64,000 bases of DNA from Almyronema epifaneia S1 (GCF_042788235.1 NZ_JBHZOL010000088.1:46837-110836), one strand, 5' to 3'; numbered from the stretch's first letter, positions 28,933 through 39,634 are shown. Notes: a model not told the origin generated them from the sequence alone. A program made the numbers and translations.

Positions 28933-29354
28933 GATCTCTTTTTTCGGGTTCAAACAAACGCAGAAAGCGGTAAGCCAAATTCAGCGCTGTGTGACTACAG
29001 CCACACAGCGCAAGACCCGGCTAATACCGATTCTTCAAAAGAAAGGTACAGATGAGACTGACGAAACGTATGCAGAGCAAAGACTGTTCAATTCAAAATC
29101 GAAGATCCAAAATCGAGAATTGATATAAGACCTTACTCACTTAGGTTAAAACTGTTTGGCTTACAGCAGATGTCTACTCGTCCTTAAGAGACAAGCAGAG
29201 GAGCGTTCAAACCTAGAAACTTTTGCGATCGCTACCGATTTAGCACTCAATAAAGCTAGCCAAAATAAGTTCATTAAGTATATCTACTCAGGTCAAAAGC
29301 GACTTCGTTAAACTAGAGGCAAATAAAGTTGATCAAAGGAGGATTGAATTTATC

Positions 29355-29726
29355 GTGAAATCGGCTATTCTGTTTGCTCTCGTCTCTACAGCAGCCGTCG
29401 CCCGTGTATCCATAGCGCAAAACCCAGTGCCTATTCAAACGCTGCAGCGTCAGCCGGGAGTGGCTATCTCTGGTGAAGTGGGTGATGTCGTAGGCAACGA
29501 TTTTGTTCTCACTGATGGCACAGGTCAAATTGTCGTTGATGCTGGCCCGCAATGGTATCACCAAATTAATATCGCTTCTGGAGAACAGGTGACGGTTGTA
29601 GGTGAATACGATGAGGGTGATTTTGACGCTTTCAGCATTACTCGCAGTAATGGTGAGGTGATACAAATTCGACCTGCAGATGGCCCACCCCCGTGGGCAG
29701 GCGGGCCACAACGCCAAGACAGATAA
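29355..29726 (+). CDS. small secreted protein, bacterial OB-fold (BOF/YgiW-like) candidate
   Basis: GTG start 11 nt after GGAGG; signal peptide MKSAILFALVSTAAVARVSIAQ. The mature part (NDFVLTDGTGQIVVDAGP...GEQVTVVGEYDEGDFDAFSI) resembles the BOF/YgiW OB-fold pattern. Confidence 0.45.
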   Translation: MKSAILFALVSTAAVARVSIAQNPVPIQTLQRQPGVAISGEVGDVVGNDFVLTDGTGQIVVDAGPQWYHQINIASGEQVTVVGEYDEGDFDAFSITRSNGEVIQIRPADGPPPWAGGPQRQDR

Positions 29727-29905
29727 GCTACCTAATTCGGCTTAAATTTGCTGTCAACGAGCGATCGCGCGATCGCTCGTTTAGCTCAGTAAAAATTGAA
29801 CGAGCCTAAATGATGACGTTTAGAGTAGCTTTTTTATCTCTCTTTTGGGGACTGTAGGCTTTGAGCGTTTATTCAAGTCAACTTTAGTTTGAGATTGTTT
29901 CAGCC

Positions 29906-30433
29906 TCAAAATTGGGACGCCACTAAAGGCTTTTGAGGCATACTTTGGCAAAAAGCAACTTCTGCTTTTTGCGTCCAAGCTCCATACAACAGCAATTCAT
30001 CTAACGTATCGAAATTAAGCAAACAAGGAGGGGTAATTAAGCCTGAACCCTTTTCATGCGTTTGCAGTAGGCTAATTAGCCAGGGGACAAATTTTAGAAT
30101 CTCATCTGGCAAAAGCGTTAATTCAAACCGCAGCAGCTTTTGTCTGTTTAGATGCAGTTCTTGATGGCGTTTTGTCGGTTCAAAATTAAGCCCCTGGTTG
30201 ACACCCAAGCGTAAAATAAGCGGGCGATCGGGCAACAACCTGTCAGGTGCTATATGAGCATACAGACACGCATAGTTTGGCCGCTGATAGCGATCTATCC
30301 AAGAGACTTTAGCCGTATTACTTGAATAGGAGTTTCCTTTAGTAATGTTGACTGGTTCACTAATTTCTGCCGCAAATAATTTATAGAACTCGTGTCGAAC
30401 TTGTGAAATTGTCCGAATTGCTTCTGGCGTCAT
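29906..30433 (-). CDS. hypothetical protein (175 aa), unrecognised family
   Basis: Intact ORF co-directional with, and 90 nt downstream of, the pentapeptide-repeat gene. No motif recognised. Confidence 0.45.
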   Translation of the reverse strand: MTPEAIRTISQVRHEFYKLFAAEISEPVNITKGNSYSSNTAKVSWIDRYQRPNYACLYAHIAPDRLLPDRPLILRLGVNQGLNFEPTKRHQELHLNRQKLLRFELTLLPDEILKFVPWLISLLQTHEKGSGLITPPCLLNFDTLDELLLYGAWTQKAEVAFCQSMPQKPLVASQF

Positions 30434-30522
30434 TCGAAAAGTTTAATAGAAAGCTTGAGCAGAGATAAGCTAAAACGGTTGATTAAATATATGGCAAATT
30501 TTGATATGGCAGATTTTGCCTG

Positions 30523-30852
30523 TTAAGCCTGAGAAGCAGATTGAGGAATAATTGTGCCGTGGAGCGTTGCGCTTTTTAAGTCAACACCGCTGAGATCTAC
30601 ATTCGTTAAATTGGCTTGGCTTAAGTTAGTATTTGTCAGTTTGGCTCCTGTCAAAACGGTGTTCATAAGTTTGGCACGGCTGAGATTAGTTCCAGTCAGG
30701 TTAGCTTTGGCTAAGTTGGCTCCGCTTAGGTCAATACCGCTGAGGTTCAGGTTCCGTAAGTTGGCAGCAATCAAATTGAGGTTCCGAAAATCTCTCTGGC
30801 CAGCAGCGTATCGACTCAACAATTCTTTGGTGTAGGTTGGTTTGGCAAGCAT
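30523..30852 (-). CDS. pentapeptide-repeat protein
   Basis: About 16 tandem A(D/N)LxG-type pentapeptides (ANLRNLNLSGIDLSGANLAKANLTGTNLSRAKL...). Confidence 0.8.
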   Translation of the reverse strand: MLAKPTYTKELLSRYAAGQRDFRNLNLIAANLRNLNLSGIDLSGANLAKANLTGTNLSRAKLMNTVLTGAKLTNTNLSQANLTNVDLSGVDLKSATLHGTIIPQSASQA

Positions 30853-30951
30853 TTGATTAATTGAGGTTAAGTCGTAAAGGCATTTGATGTTTTAGATCAA
30901 ATGCCTATGGTTGCATGAAATAGACAGCAGCTTAAATAGCTAACAGGTTAA

Positions 30952-31149
30952 CTAAATCAGCATGCGACGGCGGCGAATGTCATACCTAGCGACGTAGCCT
31001 ACAGAGCTAGTTCGCAAATAAATAACGTTATCAATTAGCTGGGAATATTCTTCAACTGGCTGTTTAAAAAGAACATCACTGCGATCGCAACTTTCACGAT
31101 AGGCTGATACAGCGCTTTCAAAGTCGAGACTGGAAGAATTCTCGGTCAT
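30952..31149 (-). CDS. small hypothetical protein (65 aa)
   Basis: ORF co-directional with and upstream of the pentapeptide gene. No other support. Confidence 0.25.
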   Translation of the reverse strand: MTENSSSLDFESAVSAYRESCDRSDVLFKQPVEEYSQLIDNVIYLRTSSVGYVARYDIRRRRMLI

Positions 31150-31580
31150 TAGTTACCTTTGGTTGAAGCTTCGGTAACTGCTTAGATAGCATGCACCTTG
31201 TGCTCAAGCTAACAGCATGCTACCCAGCTCTTGGTTTTACCAACTTAGCACGTAAATATCCATAGCGACAGAAAGTATCGACCAAGCTGCTAAAAAATCT
31301 TCAGCATTTTAGTCCTACAACGTTTGCATATTTACCTTATCGAAGCGTTTTCTGGACTCAGCACAACCTGGAGCAGCCCTAATAGAGTCAGACTATGCAT
31401 TCTATTGAGCAACTATAGTCTCTCTATCCAACCCTCTTCTATCGAACTAGGATGAGAGCTTGATCTCTCGTTGGCCAAAACAACGCAAATTCGTCGATTT
31501 TGCCTGGACTGACAAAAGAGGGCTAAAGTGGCCTGTCTCCAAGCTGTGTCTGAGTTAATGGAGTTTAAGGTTCAAGATTA

Positions 31581-32420
31581 TTAGTCTTGTAAATCTCCAA
31601 CATTAAACAAAAAGGGAACGCTGGCACTTGATTCGCTACCCATTACCAAAACTTTGGGCATCTGGGCACCTCCTTCACGCCAAGCTTCAATCGCCTCTTT
31701 CTGCAACACCAAATCACCACCTTGCGCCTTCAACGTTTCTGCCAAAAGTCGCTGAGCTTCGGCGCGTCCTTTGGCTCGGTTGACTTCCGCCTGGGCTTCT
31801 TGTTCTGCTTCTTGCGCAATGTAAACGGCTCGACGAGCGCGTTGTTCGGCAATTTGCTTTTCTTCTACGGCGCGAGCAAACTCTGGCGAAAAGTTAAGAT
31901 CGACAACGCTGGTGTCTAAAACGATGATGCCGTATTTTTCTAAACGGCTATTGAGCGCAATATCAAAGTCTTTTTTTAGCTCAGACCTTTGGGTAATGGC
32001 CTCTTCAACGGTTCGCCGAGCCGCTGCAATCTTAAATGATTCTTGCGTCTGAGGCGCAATGATTTTAGAGACCACATTCTGCAAAGTTCCTTGAGTCCGT
32101 CGAATATTCACAACTTGAATCGGATCTAGCCGGAAGTTAATCGCAAAGCTTGCGGAGAGATTTTGCAGATCTTTGGTTGAGCTTTGAGCCGGAACCTCAA
32201 ACTTCTGTACCGTGACATCGTAAATATCAACCCGTGATATAAAAGGGGGCTTAACGTGAATGCCTTCTAGCAAAGGCCCATCTTGCGCCTTGCCTAAAAT
32301 GCTAAGCACCCCAGTTTGCCCAGGGTTGATAATGACAAAACTGCTAGAAGCTAGAATGCCCACGATGACTGCCACGATAGAGATAAAAATGGGCTGCCAG
32401 CTTGGAGCTTGATTTTTCAA
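31581..32420 (-). CDS. SPFH/band-7 (prohibitin-family) membrane protein
   Basis: N-terminal TM, an SPFH domain, and a C-terminal coiled coil rich in AEQEAQAE. Confidence 0.8.
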   Translation of the reverse strand: MKNQAPSWQPIFISIVAVIVGILASSSFVIINPGQTGVLSILGKAQDGPLLEGIHVKPPFISRVDIYDVTVQKFEVPAQSSTKDLQNLSASFAINFRLDPIQVVNIRRTQGTLQNVVSKIIAPQTQESFKIAAARRTVEEAITQRSELKKDFDIALNSRLEKYGIIVLDTSVVDLNFSPEFARAVEEKQIAEQRARRAVYIAQEAEQEAQAEVNRAKGRAEAQRLLAETLKAQGGDLVLQKEAIEAWREGGAQMPKVLVMGSESSASVPFLFNVGDLQD

Positions 32421-32576
32421 GGTTCTTTCCTGAATAAATGAACATCAAAGTTGGGATCAAGTTGCAACTCGATCGCTTCTACTAATATGACATTCACTTC
32501 CGGCCTTCACCGATCATCCAGGCGACAGGGACAAATTTGGCAGTAGCCAGCAAGAAAAATCGCTACTAGGTGAGGT

Positions 32577-32613
32577 TGATGGGTAAGGAGCAAATGTGAA
32601 GCCTTACCCATCA
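32577..32613 (-). terminator. hairpin downstream of purM
   Basis: tgatgggtaagg-N13-ccttacccatca, a 12-bp perfect inverted repeat immediately 3' of the purM stop. It lacks a strong T-run. Confidence 0.4.
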
Positions 32614-32626
32614 CCTACCCAGACGG

Positions 32627-33682
32627 CTAATCCTGCGGTAGTCCCAGCACTTCACCCTCGCCCTCAACTACCTGGCCAATTTCATAAGCTTCAACGCCCA
32701 GGGCTTTGAAATGCTGGAGGGCTAGACTCGCCTGAGCAGCCTCAACTAAAACCACAAAGCCAATCCCCATATTAAACGTGTTGAACATTGCCGCTGGTTT
32801 GATATCGCCTGCGATCGCCAACCATTCAAAAATCGGCAAGCTAGGCCAACTGCCCAAGGCTAGCTGAACAGACTGATTGGGCCCCAGGCAACGAGGCAAA
32901 TTTTCAGGCAGACCACCGCCCGTAATATGAGCCATAGCGTGAATCGCTAATCCCTGGCGTAGCCCTTTTAGCACCGGATCAACATAGAGACGGGTTGGTG
33001 TGAGCAGCACCTCGCCTAAAGATTTACCCTGTAGCTGCTCAGGGCGATCGCTCCAGGCATAACCAGGAGCGCTTTGTCCAGGAGGTGTGCGATCGCTAAT
33101 GACTTTGCGCACCAGGCTATAACCATTGCTGTGAACCCCTTGACTGGCGAGGCCAATTGCAACATCTCCTATTTGAACGCGATCGCCTGTTAGAATCTGC
33201 TGTTTTTCAACCACCCCCACGCAAAAACCAGCCAAGTCATACTCTCCGGCTGGATAAAAACCTGGCATTTCAGCCGTTTCTCCCCCCAAAAGTGCACAAC
33301 CCGCTTGCTGACACCCAGCCGCAATCCCGGCAACAACCTGAGTTAGTTGAGCGGGCTCAAGTTTGCCAGTCGCCAGATAATCCAAGAAAAATAGCGGCTC
33401 AGCGCCACATGTCAGCACATCATTTACACACATCGCCACCAAATCAATGCCAATCGTGCCGTGCTGATTGAGCGCTTGCGCAATTTTGAGTTTAGTTCCT
33501 ACCCCATCGGTGCCCGAAACGAGCACAGGTTCTTGATAGCCGGAAGATAGCTGAAACAAACCGCTAAATCCGCCTAGCCCTCCCAAAACTTCTGGCCGAT
33601 GGGTTTTTTCCACCATCTGGCGAATTTGCCTAACAAAATTCTGACCTGCCTCAACATCAACACCTGCGTCACGATAGTCCAT
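32627..33682 (-). CDS. purM: phosphoribosylformylglycinamidine cyclo-ligase (AIR synthetase)
   Basis: [13 protein letters not shown]..., GLGGFSG, and conserved PurM N- and C-domains. Confidence 0.9.
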   Translation of the reverse strand: MDYRDAGVDVEAGQNFVRQIRQMVEKTHRPEVLGGLGGFSGLFQLSSGYQEPVLVSGTDGVGTKLKIAQALNQHGTIGIDLVAMCVNDVLTCGAEPLFFLDYLATGKLEPAQLTQVVAGIAAGCQQAGCALLGGETAEMPGFYPAGEYDLAGFCVGVVEKQQILTGDRVQIGDVAIGLASQGVHSNGYSLVRKVISDRTPPGQSAPGYAWSDRPEQLQGKSLGEVLLTPTRLYVDPVLKGLRQGLAIHAMAHITGGGLPENLPRCLGPNQSVQLALGSWPSLPIFEWLAIAGDIKPAAMFNTFNMGIGFVVLVEAAQASLALQHFKALGVEAYEIGQVVEGEGEVLGLPQD

Positions 33683-34216
33683 AAGTTTTAGCCATTAATT
33701 CCATTTACTCAGTATCCATTCATAAGCAAATTGCATAGTTAGCTTTAGCGGGGCTAATGCTTAGCTACATCTATTTGATGAAAACTCAACTAAAACGCTG
33801 CCTAAAAATGGTTTTGGATTATGCATAAAATCGCATAGCCAAAATTAATTTGCCACCAAAAAAAATCCAAAAAGTGGCTCAATCAATTTGTTTTCTCTAA
33901 GCAGTTTGCAGGGGGGTATAAAACTTTGTAAACATTTCCGTACAGTCAAAAGTCTCGAAATATTCCTGAAAAGCTTATGGGCAGACCCATTCCTAAGAAG
34001 TGTAAAGTTTGCGTGAATTTTCGGAATCTGCTTTTTTCCCAAAAAATACCCTGATCCCGATTACCTATTCTTCGTGCTAACGTACTTTTCGGTCAACAGC
34101 AGAGGGTGAAATCGCAACGATTACGAGTTAGAGCAAACCACGCGAGACTTTCTCGCCCTGAATTTTCCGACAGTCTCTGGGCGTAATCGCTTTTCAAAAC
34201 ACTTGTTGATGGACTT

Positions 34217-35221
34217 ATGAAACAAAAATTTTTGGGTAGCCTGACAGCAGCCCTGGTCGTGTCCGCGATCGGCCCAGCGCTGTCAGTCCATGCTCAACAA
34301 ACGGATGACCTAGGTCAAAGCTTATCGGATAACGCAGTCTATGCTTCTAGCCCAGTAACGGATGAGACCCAAAGCGTAAATCAGGCAGAACTTGCTGCAA
34401 ATGCGTCAACCCAAAACCAAGATTTTATTCGGGTGTTGGGGCATCCTCTAGATACCCGCCAAGCGGCCACACTTTATATTCACAACATTCCTGTGCTGAC
34501 CTTCTTAGGGGCCACGCTTGACACAACTGCCGATAAAGCCGTCACTGCAGGCAGCCGTTCTTCTGCTAATGACGTTAATGAACCGTCAGAGGTTCCGGCT
34601 AGCGGATCTGACCAAGCTTTTAGAGATGATCCGGTCATCCGAGCAACAGCCGTGGCAGCCCGAATCAATCAGCTAACGCGCAATCAGCTAGATGCCAGTC
34701 GGATTACAGCCCATTGGGATGCCGCCGAAAATGCCTATGTGATCAAAATCGACGGCAACCCCCTCGTTAGCTTCGATGAAAACTTAATTCTGCCCGATAC
34801 TACCAGCAATCCGGCAGAAGACACACTGCAGGCGACGAATCGACTCCGGCGGTTGTTGGGAGCAGCCTCTCCTTTAACTGAGATTGAAGGACAACCTCAA
34901 CCCACGCCTCCTCAGGTCGCCAATGTGGCTTTTGCTGCCAGTGGTATGGCTTCTTGGTATGGCCCTGGCTTTCATGGTCGTCGCAGTGCCAGTGGTGAAG
35001 TATTTAATCAAAATGCTTTGACAGCTGCCCATCGTACTTTGCCGTTTGGTACTCAAGTGCGGGTGACCAACCTCAGCAATAACCAGCAAGTGGTTGTGCG
35101 AATCAACGATCGCGGCCCTTATAGCCACGGACGAATTATCGATCTGTCGGCGGCGGCGGCGCGCCAAATTGGCTTGGCTCAAGCAGGGGTCGGTCGTGTG
35201 CGGATTGAGGTGTTGCAGTAA
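34217..35221 (+). CDS. rlpA: septal ring lytic transglycosylase RlpA-family protein (DPBB domain)
   Basis: Signal peptide, a long low-complexity linker, and a C-terminal DPBB block ASWYGPGFHGRRSASGEVFN...TAAHRTLPFGTQVRVTNLSNNQQVVVRINDRGPY. Confidence 0.8.
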   Translation: MKQKFLGSLTAALVVSAIGPALSVHAQQTDDLGQSLSDNAVYASSPVTDETQSVNQAELAANASTQNQDFIRVLGHPLDTRQAATLYIHNIPVLTFLGATLDTTADKAVTAGSRSSANDVNEPSEVPASGSDQAFRDDPVIRATAVAARINQLTRNQLDASRITAHWDAAENAYVIKIDGNPLVSFDENLILPDTTSNPAEDTLQATNRLRRLLGAASPLTEIEGQPQPTPPQVANVAFAASGMASWYGPGFHGRRSASGEVFNQNALTAAHRTLPFGTQVRVTNLSNNQQVVVRINDRGPYSHGRIIDLSAAAARQIGLAQAGVGRVRIEVLQ

Positions 35222-35411
35222 GTTACAACGGCAGTGGTCACTTTTTGGGATTCTGTCTAGCTTAGTATTAGGACTAGCTCTGAGGCCCCTTGCTATCGGT
35301 ATCAGCGAGGGGCTTTTGAAGTTAGCTTGCAAAACGAACTGGTTTATTGAAGAGTCCGTTTGAGAATTCTGCAAAGCTTGTTTACAAAAACTAAATTGAT
35401 AGACACTGTCA

Positions 35412-37025
35412 TTGAGGCAAGATTCACAGAGGTCGCTTGTGCAGTTACTCAAAACCATTGAGGGGCTCCGCTGTAGCCTCGCGCAGTTAAGTAAAGAGTC
35501 GTCGGATCGCTTTCCGAATTCACCCAAGAAGTCTGTAGCGTTGGTTCCAACTATGGGGGCGCTACATGCGGGGCACCAAAGTTTAATTCACCGGGCTAGA
35601 CAAGAAAACGATGTGGTTGTGGTCAGCATTTTTGTTAACCCGTTGCAGTTTGGCCCTCAAGAAGACCTAGCTCACTATCCGCGTAATTTAGCCGCCGACC
35701 AACAGCTTTGCGCTGCTGCTGGCGTAGATATTGTTTTTGCGCCGACGGCGGCGGCTTTGTATGGCGATGACGCCCAAAACCCAGAGTCGTTGACTCAGAT
35801 CATTCCTCCTGCTCCGATGACGACTGTGCTTTGTGGGCCTTTTCGACCGGGGCACTTTCAAGGTGTGGCGACGGTAGTGACCAAGCTACTCAACATTGTG
35901 CAGCCAGATCGAGCCTATTTTGGGCGCAAAGACGCTCAGCAACTGGCGATTTTGCAGCGGTTGGTGCAAGACTTAAATTTGCCGAGTCAGATTGTGCCTT
36001 GTGCGATCGCCCGCGAAGCCAATGGCTTGGCCTATAGTTCTCGCAATCAGTATCTTTCGGCAACCGAGCGATCGCAGGCGGCGGTTCTTTACCGCAGTTT
36101 GCAAGCGGCAGCGGCGGCGTTTCAAACGGGCGTTCGTGATAGTGAAACTTTACTGAAAACGGTACAGGCCGAGCTTGAGACGGTACCTGAAATTCGAATT
36201 GAGTATGTAGAACTGGTACACCCTGAAACGTTAGTCCCTTTAAAAACAGTTGAGACAGTAGGGCTTTTGGCGATCGCAGCCTATCTAAGCCAAACGCGGC
36301 TGATTGACAATATGCTGCTGCGATCGCGCTTACCAATTATTGCGATTGATGGGCCAGCCGGAGCCGGGAAATCTACCGTAGCGCGGCAAGTTGCGCAAAA
36401 GCTAGGGTTGCTGTACTTAGATACCGGAGCCATGTATCGGGCAATTACCTGGCTGGCGTTGCAGCAGGGGATTGATCCTCAAGATCAAGTCGCTATGGCT
36501 GAGCTAATGCCGACGTGTCAAATTCAGCTTTCTAGCTTAGAGAATGACACCGAATCCCCCAATCCGTGGCCAACCCGGGTTTGGGTCAATCAGCAAGAAG
36601 TCACGCAAGCAATTCGCTCAGAGGTCGTTACTAAGCAGGTTTCAGCCGTTGCAGCTCAACCTATTGTTCGAGAAACTTTGTTAAAGCAGCAGCAGCAATA
36701 CGGGGAAAAGGGGGGCATTGTCATGGAGGGGCGCGATATTGGCACTCATGTATTTCCGCAGGCGGAATTGAAGGTGTTTTTAACGGCTTCCGTTCACGAG
36801 CGAGCCAGACGACGGCAGCTTGATCTCAAGGCTCAAAACCAACCCCCCGTTGATCTAGAGGCATTAGAGCGAGCCATCTACGAGCGCGATCGCCAAGACA
36901 GTAGCCGTCAGGTCGCCCCTTTGCAGAAAGCGCCTGATGCAGTTGAAGTTCAAACCGATGGCCTCTCGATTGCTGCCGTAATTGCCAAAATTGTCAGCCT
37001 TTATCAAGCACGACTAGCTGGTTAA
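35412..37025 (+). CDS. panC/cmk: bifunctional pantoate--beta-alanine ligase / cytidylate kinase
   Basis: N-terminal PanC (LVPTMGALHAGHQSLI) and C-terminal Cmk (IIAIDGPAGAGKSTVAR) in one frame. This fusion is typical of cyanobacteria. The track start is a TTG; a GTG at 35439 is a plausible start. Confidence 0.9.
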   Translation: MRQDSQRSLVQLLKTIEGLRCSLAQLSKESSDRFPNSPKKSVALVPTMGALHAGHQSLIHRARQENDVVVVSIFVNPLQFGPQEDLAHYPRNLAADQQLCAAAGVDIVFAPTAAALYGDDAQNPESLTQIIPPAPMTTVLCGPFRPGHFQGVATVVTKLLNIVQPDRAYFGRKDAQQLAILQRLVQDLNLPSQIVPCAIAREANGLAYSSRNQYLSATERSQAAVLYRSLQAAAAAFQTGVRDSETLLKTVQAELETVPEIRIEYVELVHPETLVPLKTVETVGLLAIAAYLSQTRLIDNMLLRSRLPIIAIDGPAGAGKSTVARQVAQKLGLLYLDTGAMYRAITWLALQQGIDPQDQVAMAELMPTCQIQLSSLENDTESPNPWPTRVWVNQQEVTQAIRSEVVTKQVSAVAAQPIVRETLLKQQQQYGEKGGIVMEGRDIGTHVFPQAELKVFLTASVHERARRRQLDLKAQNQPPVDLEALERAIYERDRQDSSRQVAPLQKAPDAVEVQTDGLSIAAVIAKIVSLYQARLAG

Positions 37026-37049
37026 ATTCATTTATGGCGATCGTCCAAG

Positions 37050-37132
37050 TCTAGAGACACTTTACTGGCTAAAAGCCGCTGATATAAAAGCTTTTCTTTT
37101 GCCTTCCGCCTGCCGCCCTTAGCTATAGCAGC
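37050..37132 (+). repeat. MITE-like dispersed repeat, copy 6
   Basis: tctagagacactttactggctaaaagccgctgatataaaagcttttcttttgccttccgcctgccgcccttagctatagcagcc. Confidence 0.7.
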
Positions 37133-37137
37133 CCTGG

Positions 37138-37626
37138 TCAAGCCAAAATACTAAACCAAATTCCGGCGGGTGCAGCTTTGGCTGCCCAAAAATCGCGGTA
37201 AAAAATGCGATCGCCCAAATGAGCCACAACTCCGCTACCGATGACTAAGCCAGTTGCCAGGTTGCAAAACAGCGTTATCTGGTGATGTTCTTCCGGTTCT
37301 ACGACATCCTTAGAGAAAGGAATTCTAGCCATACAAATTTCAATCGGAAAAGGCATAGACGTTTGCGGTGTCAGCAACACCGGGCTAGACTGCCAGCTCG
37401 TGACCCGACCGAGAGCGGTTTGAGACAAAATCACTACACCCGCTGCTAAATGATTGATCTTAACCCAGAGCTTGTACTCAACGGCTACGGCTAGCGGGGC
37501 ATCGGCAGAATCAAGAACGGCGAGATTGTGTACCCGCAGACTGACCTGATGCAGCGCCGCAATAGCGATCAGCCCGGAACTATCTTCTAGTAAATTTGAG
37601 GGCAGTTGCCCCTTTTCAACAGACAT
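37138..37626 (-). CDS. hypothetical protein (162 aa)
   Basis: Intact ORF with no recognisable motif. Its 3' end abuts MITE copy 6. Confidence 0.4.
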   Translation of the reverse strand: MSVEKGQLPSNLLEDSSGLIAIAALHQVSLRVHNLAVLDSADAPLAVAVEYKLWVKINHLAAGVVILSQTALGRVTSWQSSPVLLTPQTSMPFPIEICMARIPFSKDVVEPEEHHQITLFCNLATGLVIGSGVVAHLGDRIFYRDFWAAKAAPAGIWFSILA

Positions 37627-37775
37627 GCTGCTTGGCCCCTAGCATAGGGTGGGCTGAGCAGCGGCCTTGGCTAGATTAAGCTGACTAAGCGGTAGCTGTG
37701 TCATTGCGGGGAACCTTCTGAAAACAATGACTTTAGCTTATAAAGCTAGAGAGAAGAAATCGGGTGCTGTTTGGG

Positions 37776-38402
37776 TTAGCGGCTGAGCCAAGCGATCGCT
37801 TCTCGAATCCAATCTTCGGTATCAGCACTTTTGGGCAGAGCTGTGTTTTGGCCTACCGCTTGCAAAGCCTGGACAATTTCTCCGGTGGTGTATCCTAACG
37901 CTAGCAAAGTCATTTCAACTTCTTCTTGAATGCTAGGCGCAGGCCCAGCCAAGGGTGCCTGGGCTAACCCAGTTTGCTGTCGCCATTCTGAAAGCTTTGT
38001 CTTTAGCTCTAAAACAATCCGTTCAGCCGTTTTAGCGCCTACACCCGGCGTCCGCGACAATACCCGAATGTTTCCGGCCACCACTGACTGAACGAGCTCT
38101 TGCAGTCCTAACGTATCTAGCATGGCCATTGCCATTTGTGGGCCAATCCCGCTGACGCTGACGAGTTGGCGAAACAGATCTCGCTCAGGTCGTGAATTAA
38201 AGCCAAACAGCACCATCTGGTCTTCTCTGACCTGCAAGTGGGTGTGGATGTGTACAGGTTCACCGAAGGGCGGCAGCAAGGTCAGCAGCCGGGGCGTGAC
38301 TTGAACATCGTAGCCAATTTGATTGACTTCTATCGTAATGATGACGCGCTGATTGCCCAGCTTTTGAATTTCGCTGAGAATGCCTTTGAGATAGCTGATC
38401 AT
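37776..38402 (-). CDS. ruvA: Holliday junction branch-migration complex subunit RuvA
   Basis: MISYLKGIL..., an OB-fold domain I, HhH domain II (LVSVSGIGPQMAMAML) and C-terminal domain III. Confidence 0.9.
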   Translation of the reverse strand: MISYLKGILSEIQKLGNQRVIITIEVNQIGYDVQVTPRLLTLLPPFGEPVHIHTHLQVREDQMVLFGFNSRPERDLFRQLVSVSGIGPQMAMAMLDTLGLQELVQSVVAGNIRVLSRTPGVGAKTAERIVLELKTKLSEWRQQTGLAQAPLAGPAPSIQEEVEMTLLALGYTTGEIVQALQAVGQNTALPKSADTEDWIREAIAWLSR

Positions 38403-38432
38403 AAATGAAAGGGCACTTAGGCAGTGAGCGCT

Positions 38433-39152
38433 TTAAGGCTGAGGAGAGCGCTTGGGGTTGTGTGCTTCGCGCGATCGCCCCACCCGTGTGCTAGTGCGAT
38501 CGTTGTTAGCCGTCGGTGGTTGCAACTGCTGCCGCCCATTGCGAACGACCCTGAGCATGTCAGAAAACTGGCGCTCCATTTGTTGCAAGACATGGTCGGC
38601 GTAGGCGTCGGCTTCTTGCTGAATTTCTTGGGCTTCTGCCAGTGCCTGCTGGCGCATTTGCTCCCACTCTTGCTTGGCTTGCTGTCTAAGCTGCTCAATC
38701 TCAGCTAAAGTTTGGCTTTGCAGCGCGTCGCACTCTTGATTAACCTGATGCCGCAACCGTTGAGCCTCTTGCTCAGCCTGACGCATAATTCCCAATTCGT
38801 CTAAAATTTGAGCGGCTCGTTGCTCAGCCGCGACCACAATCTCTTCAGCAATTTGTTCTGCTTCTAGCAACAATTCTTCTCGGCGCTGCACGACCTGCTT
38901 GGCTTCTCGAAAGGCCGTGGGCAGGTTTAGCCTTACCATATCTAGCTGGTCAAGCAGCAATTCTTCATCGATCAGGGTGCGGCGGCTAAAAGGAATCCGA
39001 GGACTGTCTAAAACAATTTCTTCGATGCGGTTGAGCGCCTGCTGCAGATCTATATTTCCGGCTCCTGGAACAACGAGTTCCGGGGCAGGCTGTTCATTGA
39101 GGTTGGCATTGCTGGCCTGAGGGTTGATGCGAGAGGGTTCTGGACGTAGCAT
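38433..39152 (-). CDS. DivIVA-like coiled-coil cell-division protein
   Basis: A DivIVA-type N-terminal segment ([22 protein letters not shown]) then a long E/Q/A-rich coiled coil. Its start overlaps the 3' end of the coaD ORF by ~100 nt. Confidence 0.5.
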   Translation of the reverse strand: MLRPEPSRINPQASNANLNEQPAPELVVPGAGNIDLQQALNRIEEIVLDSPRIPFSRRTLIDEELLLDQLDMVRLNLPTAFREAKQVVQRREELLLEAEQIAEEIVVAAEQRAAQILDELGIMRQAEQEAQRLRHQVNQECDALQSQTLAEIEQLRQQAKQEWEQMRQQALAEAQEIQQEADAYADHVLQQMERQFSDMLRVVRNGRQQLQPPTANNDRTSTRVGRSREAHNPKRSPQP

Positions 39153-39634
39153 TTGTGGATATCAAGAGCAACATGCTGGGGAACGAGGTGATCAACGGGA
39201 CCTCCGAATTTGGCAATTTCCTTAACTAGGCTGCTGCTAAGAAAACCATATTCGGTAGAGGTCGCCAAAAAAACCGTTTCTATTTCGTCAGAAAGAGTTT
39301 TGTTGGTGTGAGCCATTTGCAGTTCTTTCTCAAAATCAGAAAGAACCCGCAGCCCTCGCAGCAATACCTGCGCTCTTCGCATTCTCGCATAGGTTATGGT
39401 CAAACCGTCATAGCTATCAATTTCGACATTAGAAAGATGTGGGGTAGACTGACGAATTTGCTCAATCCGTTGGGCTACTGAAAATAGCGGAGATTTACCA
39501 GGGTTGTGAGAAACCACTACGACAACGCGTTCAAACAGGCGACAGGCGCGGGTAATGATATCTAAATGCCCAAACGTAATCGGGTCAAAGCTTCCAGGGT
39601 AGATAGCAAGCACGTTAGCCTCAGCCAGACTCAA
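39050..39634 (-). CDS. coaD: phosphopantetheine adenylyltransferase
   Basis: [17 protein letters not shown] (the HxGH nucleotidyltransferase motif). The ORF runs ~35 codons past the usual CoaD C-terminus. Confidence 0.85.
   Translation of the reverse strand: MSLAEANVLAIYPGSFDPITFGHLDIITRACRLFERVVVVVSHNPGKSPLFSVAQRIEQIRQSTPHLSNVEIDSYDGLTITYARMRRAQVLLRGLRVLSDFEKELQMAHTNKTLSDEIETVFLATSTEYGFLSSSLVKEIAKFGGPVDHLVPQHVALDIHKCYVQNPLASTLRPAMPTSMNSLPRNSLFQEPEI

Noticed and set aside
29313-29717. 134-aa minus-strand ORF overlapping the secreted OB-fold-like gene
   Set aside because: Fully antisense to an ORF that has a good Shine-Dalgarno sequence and a signal peptide. It has no start context of its own.
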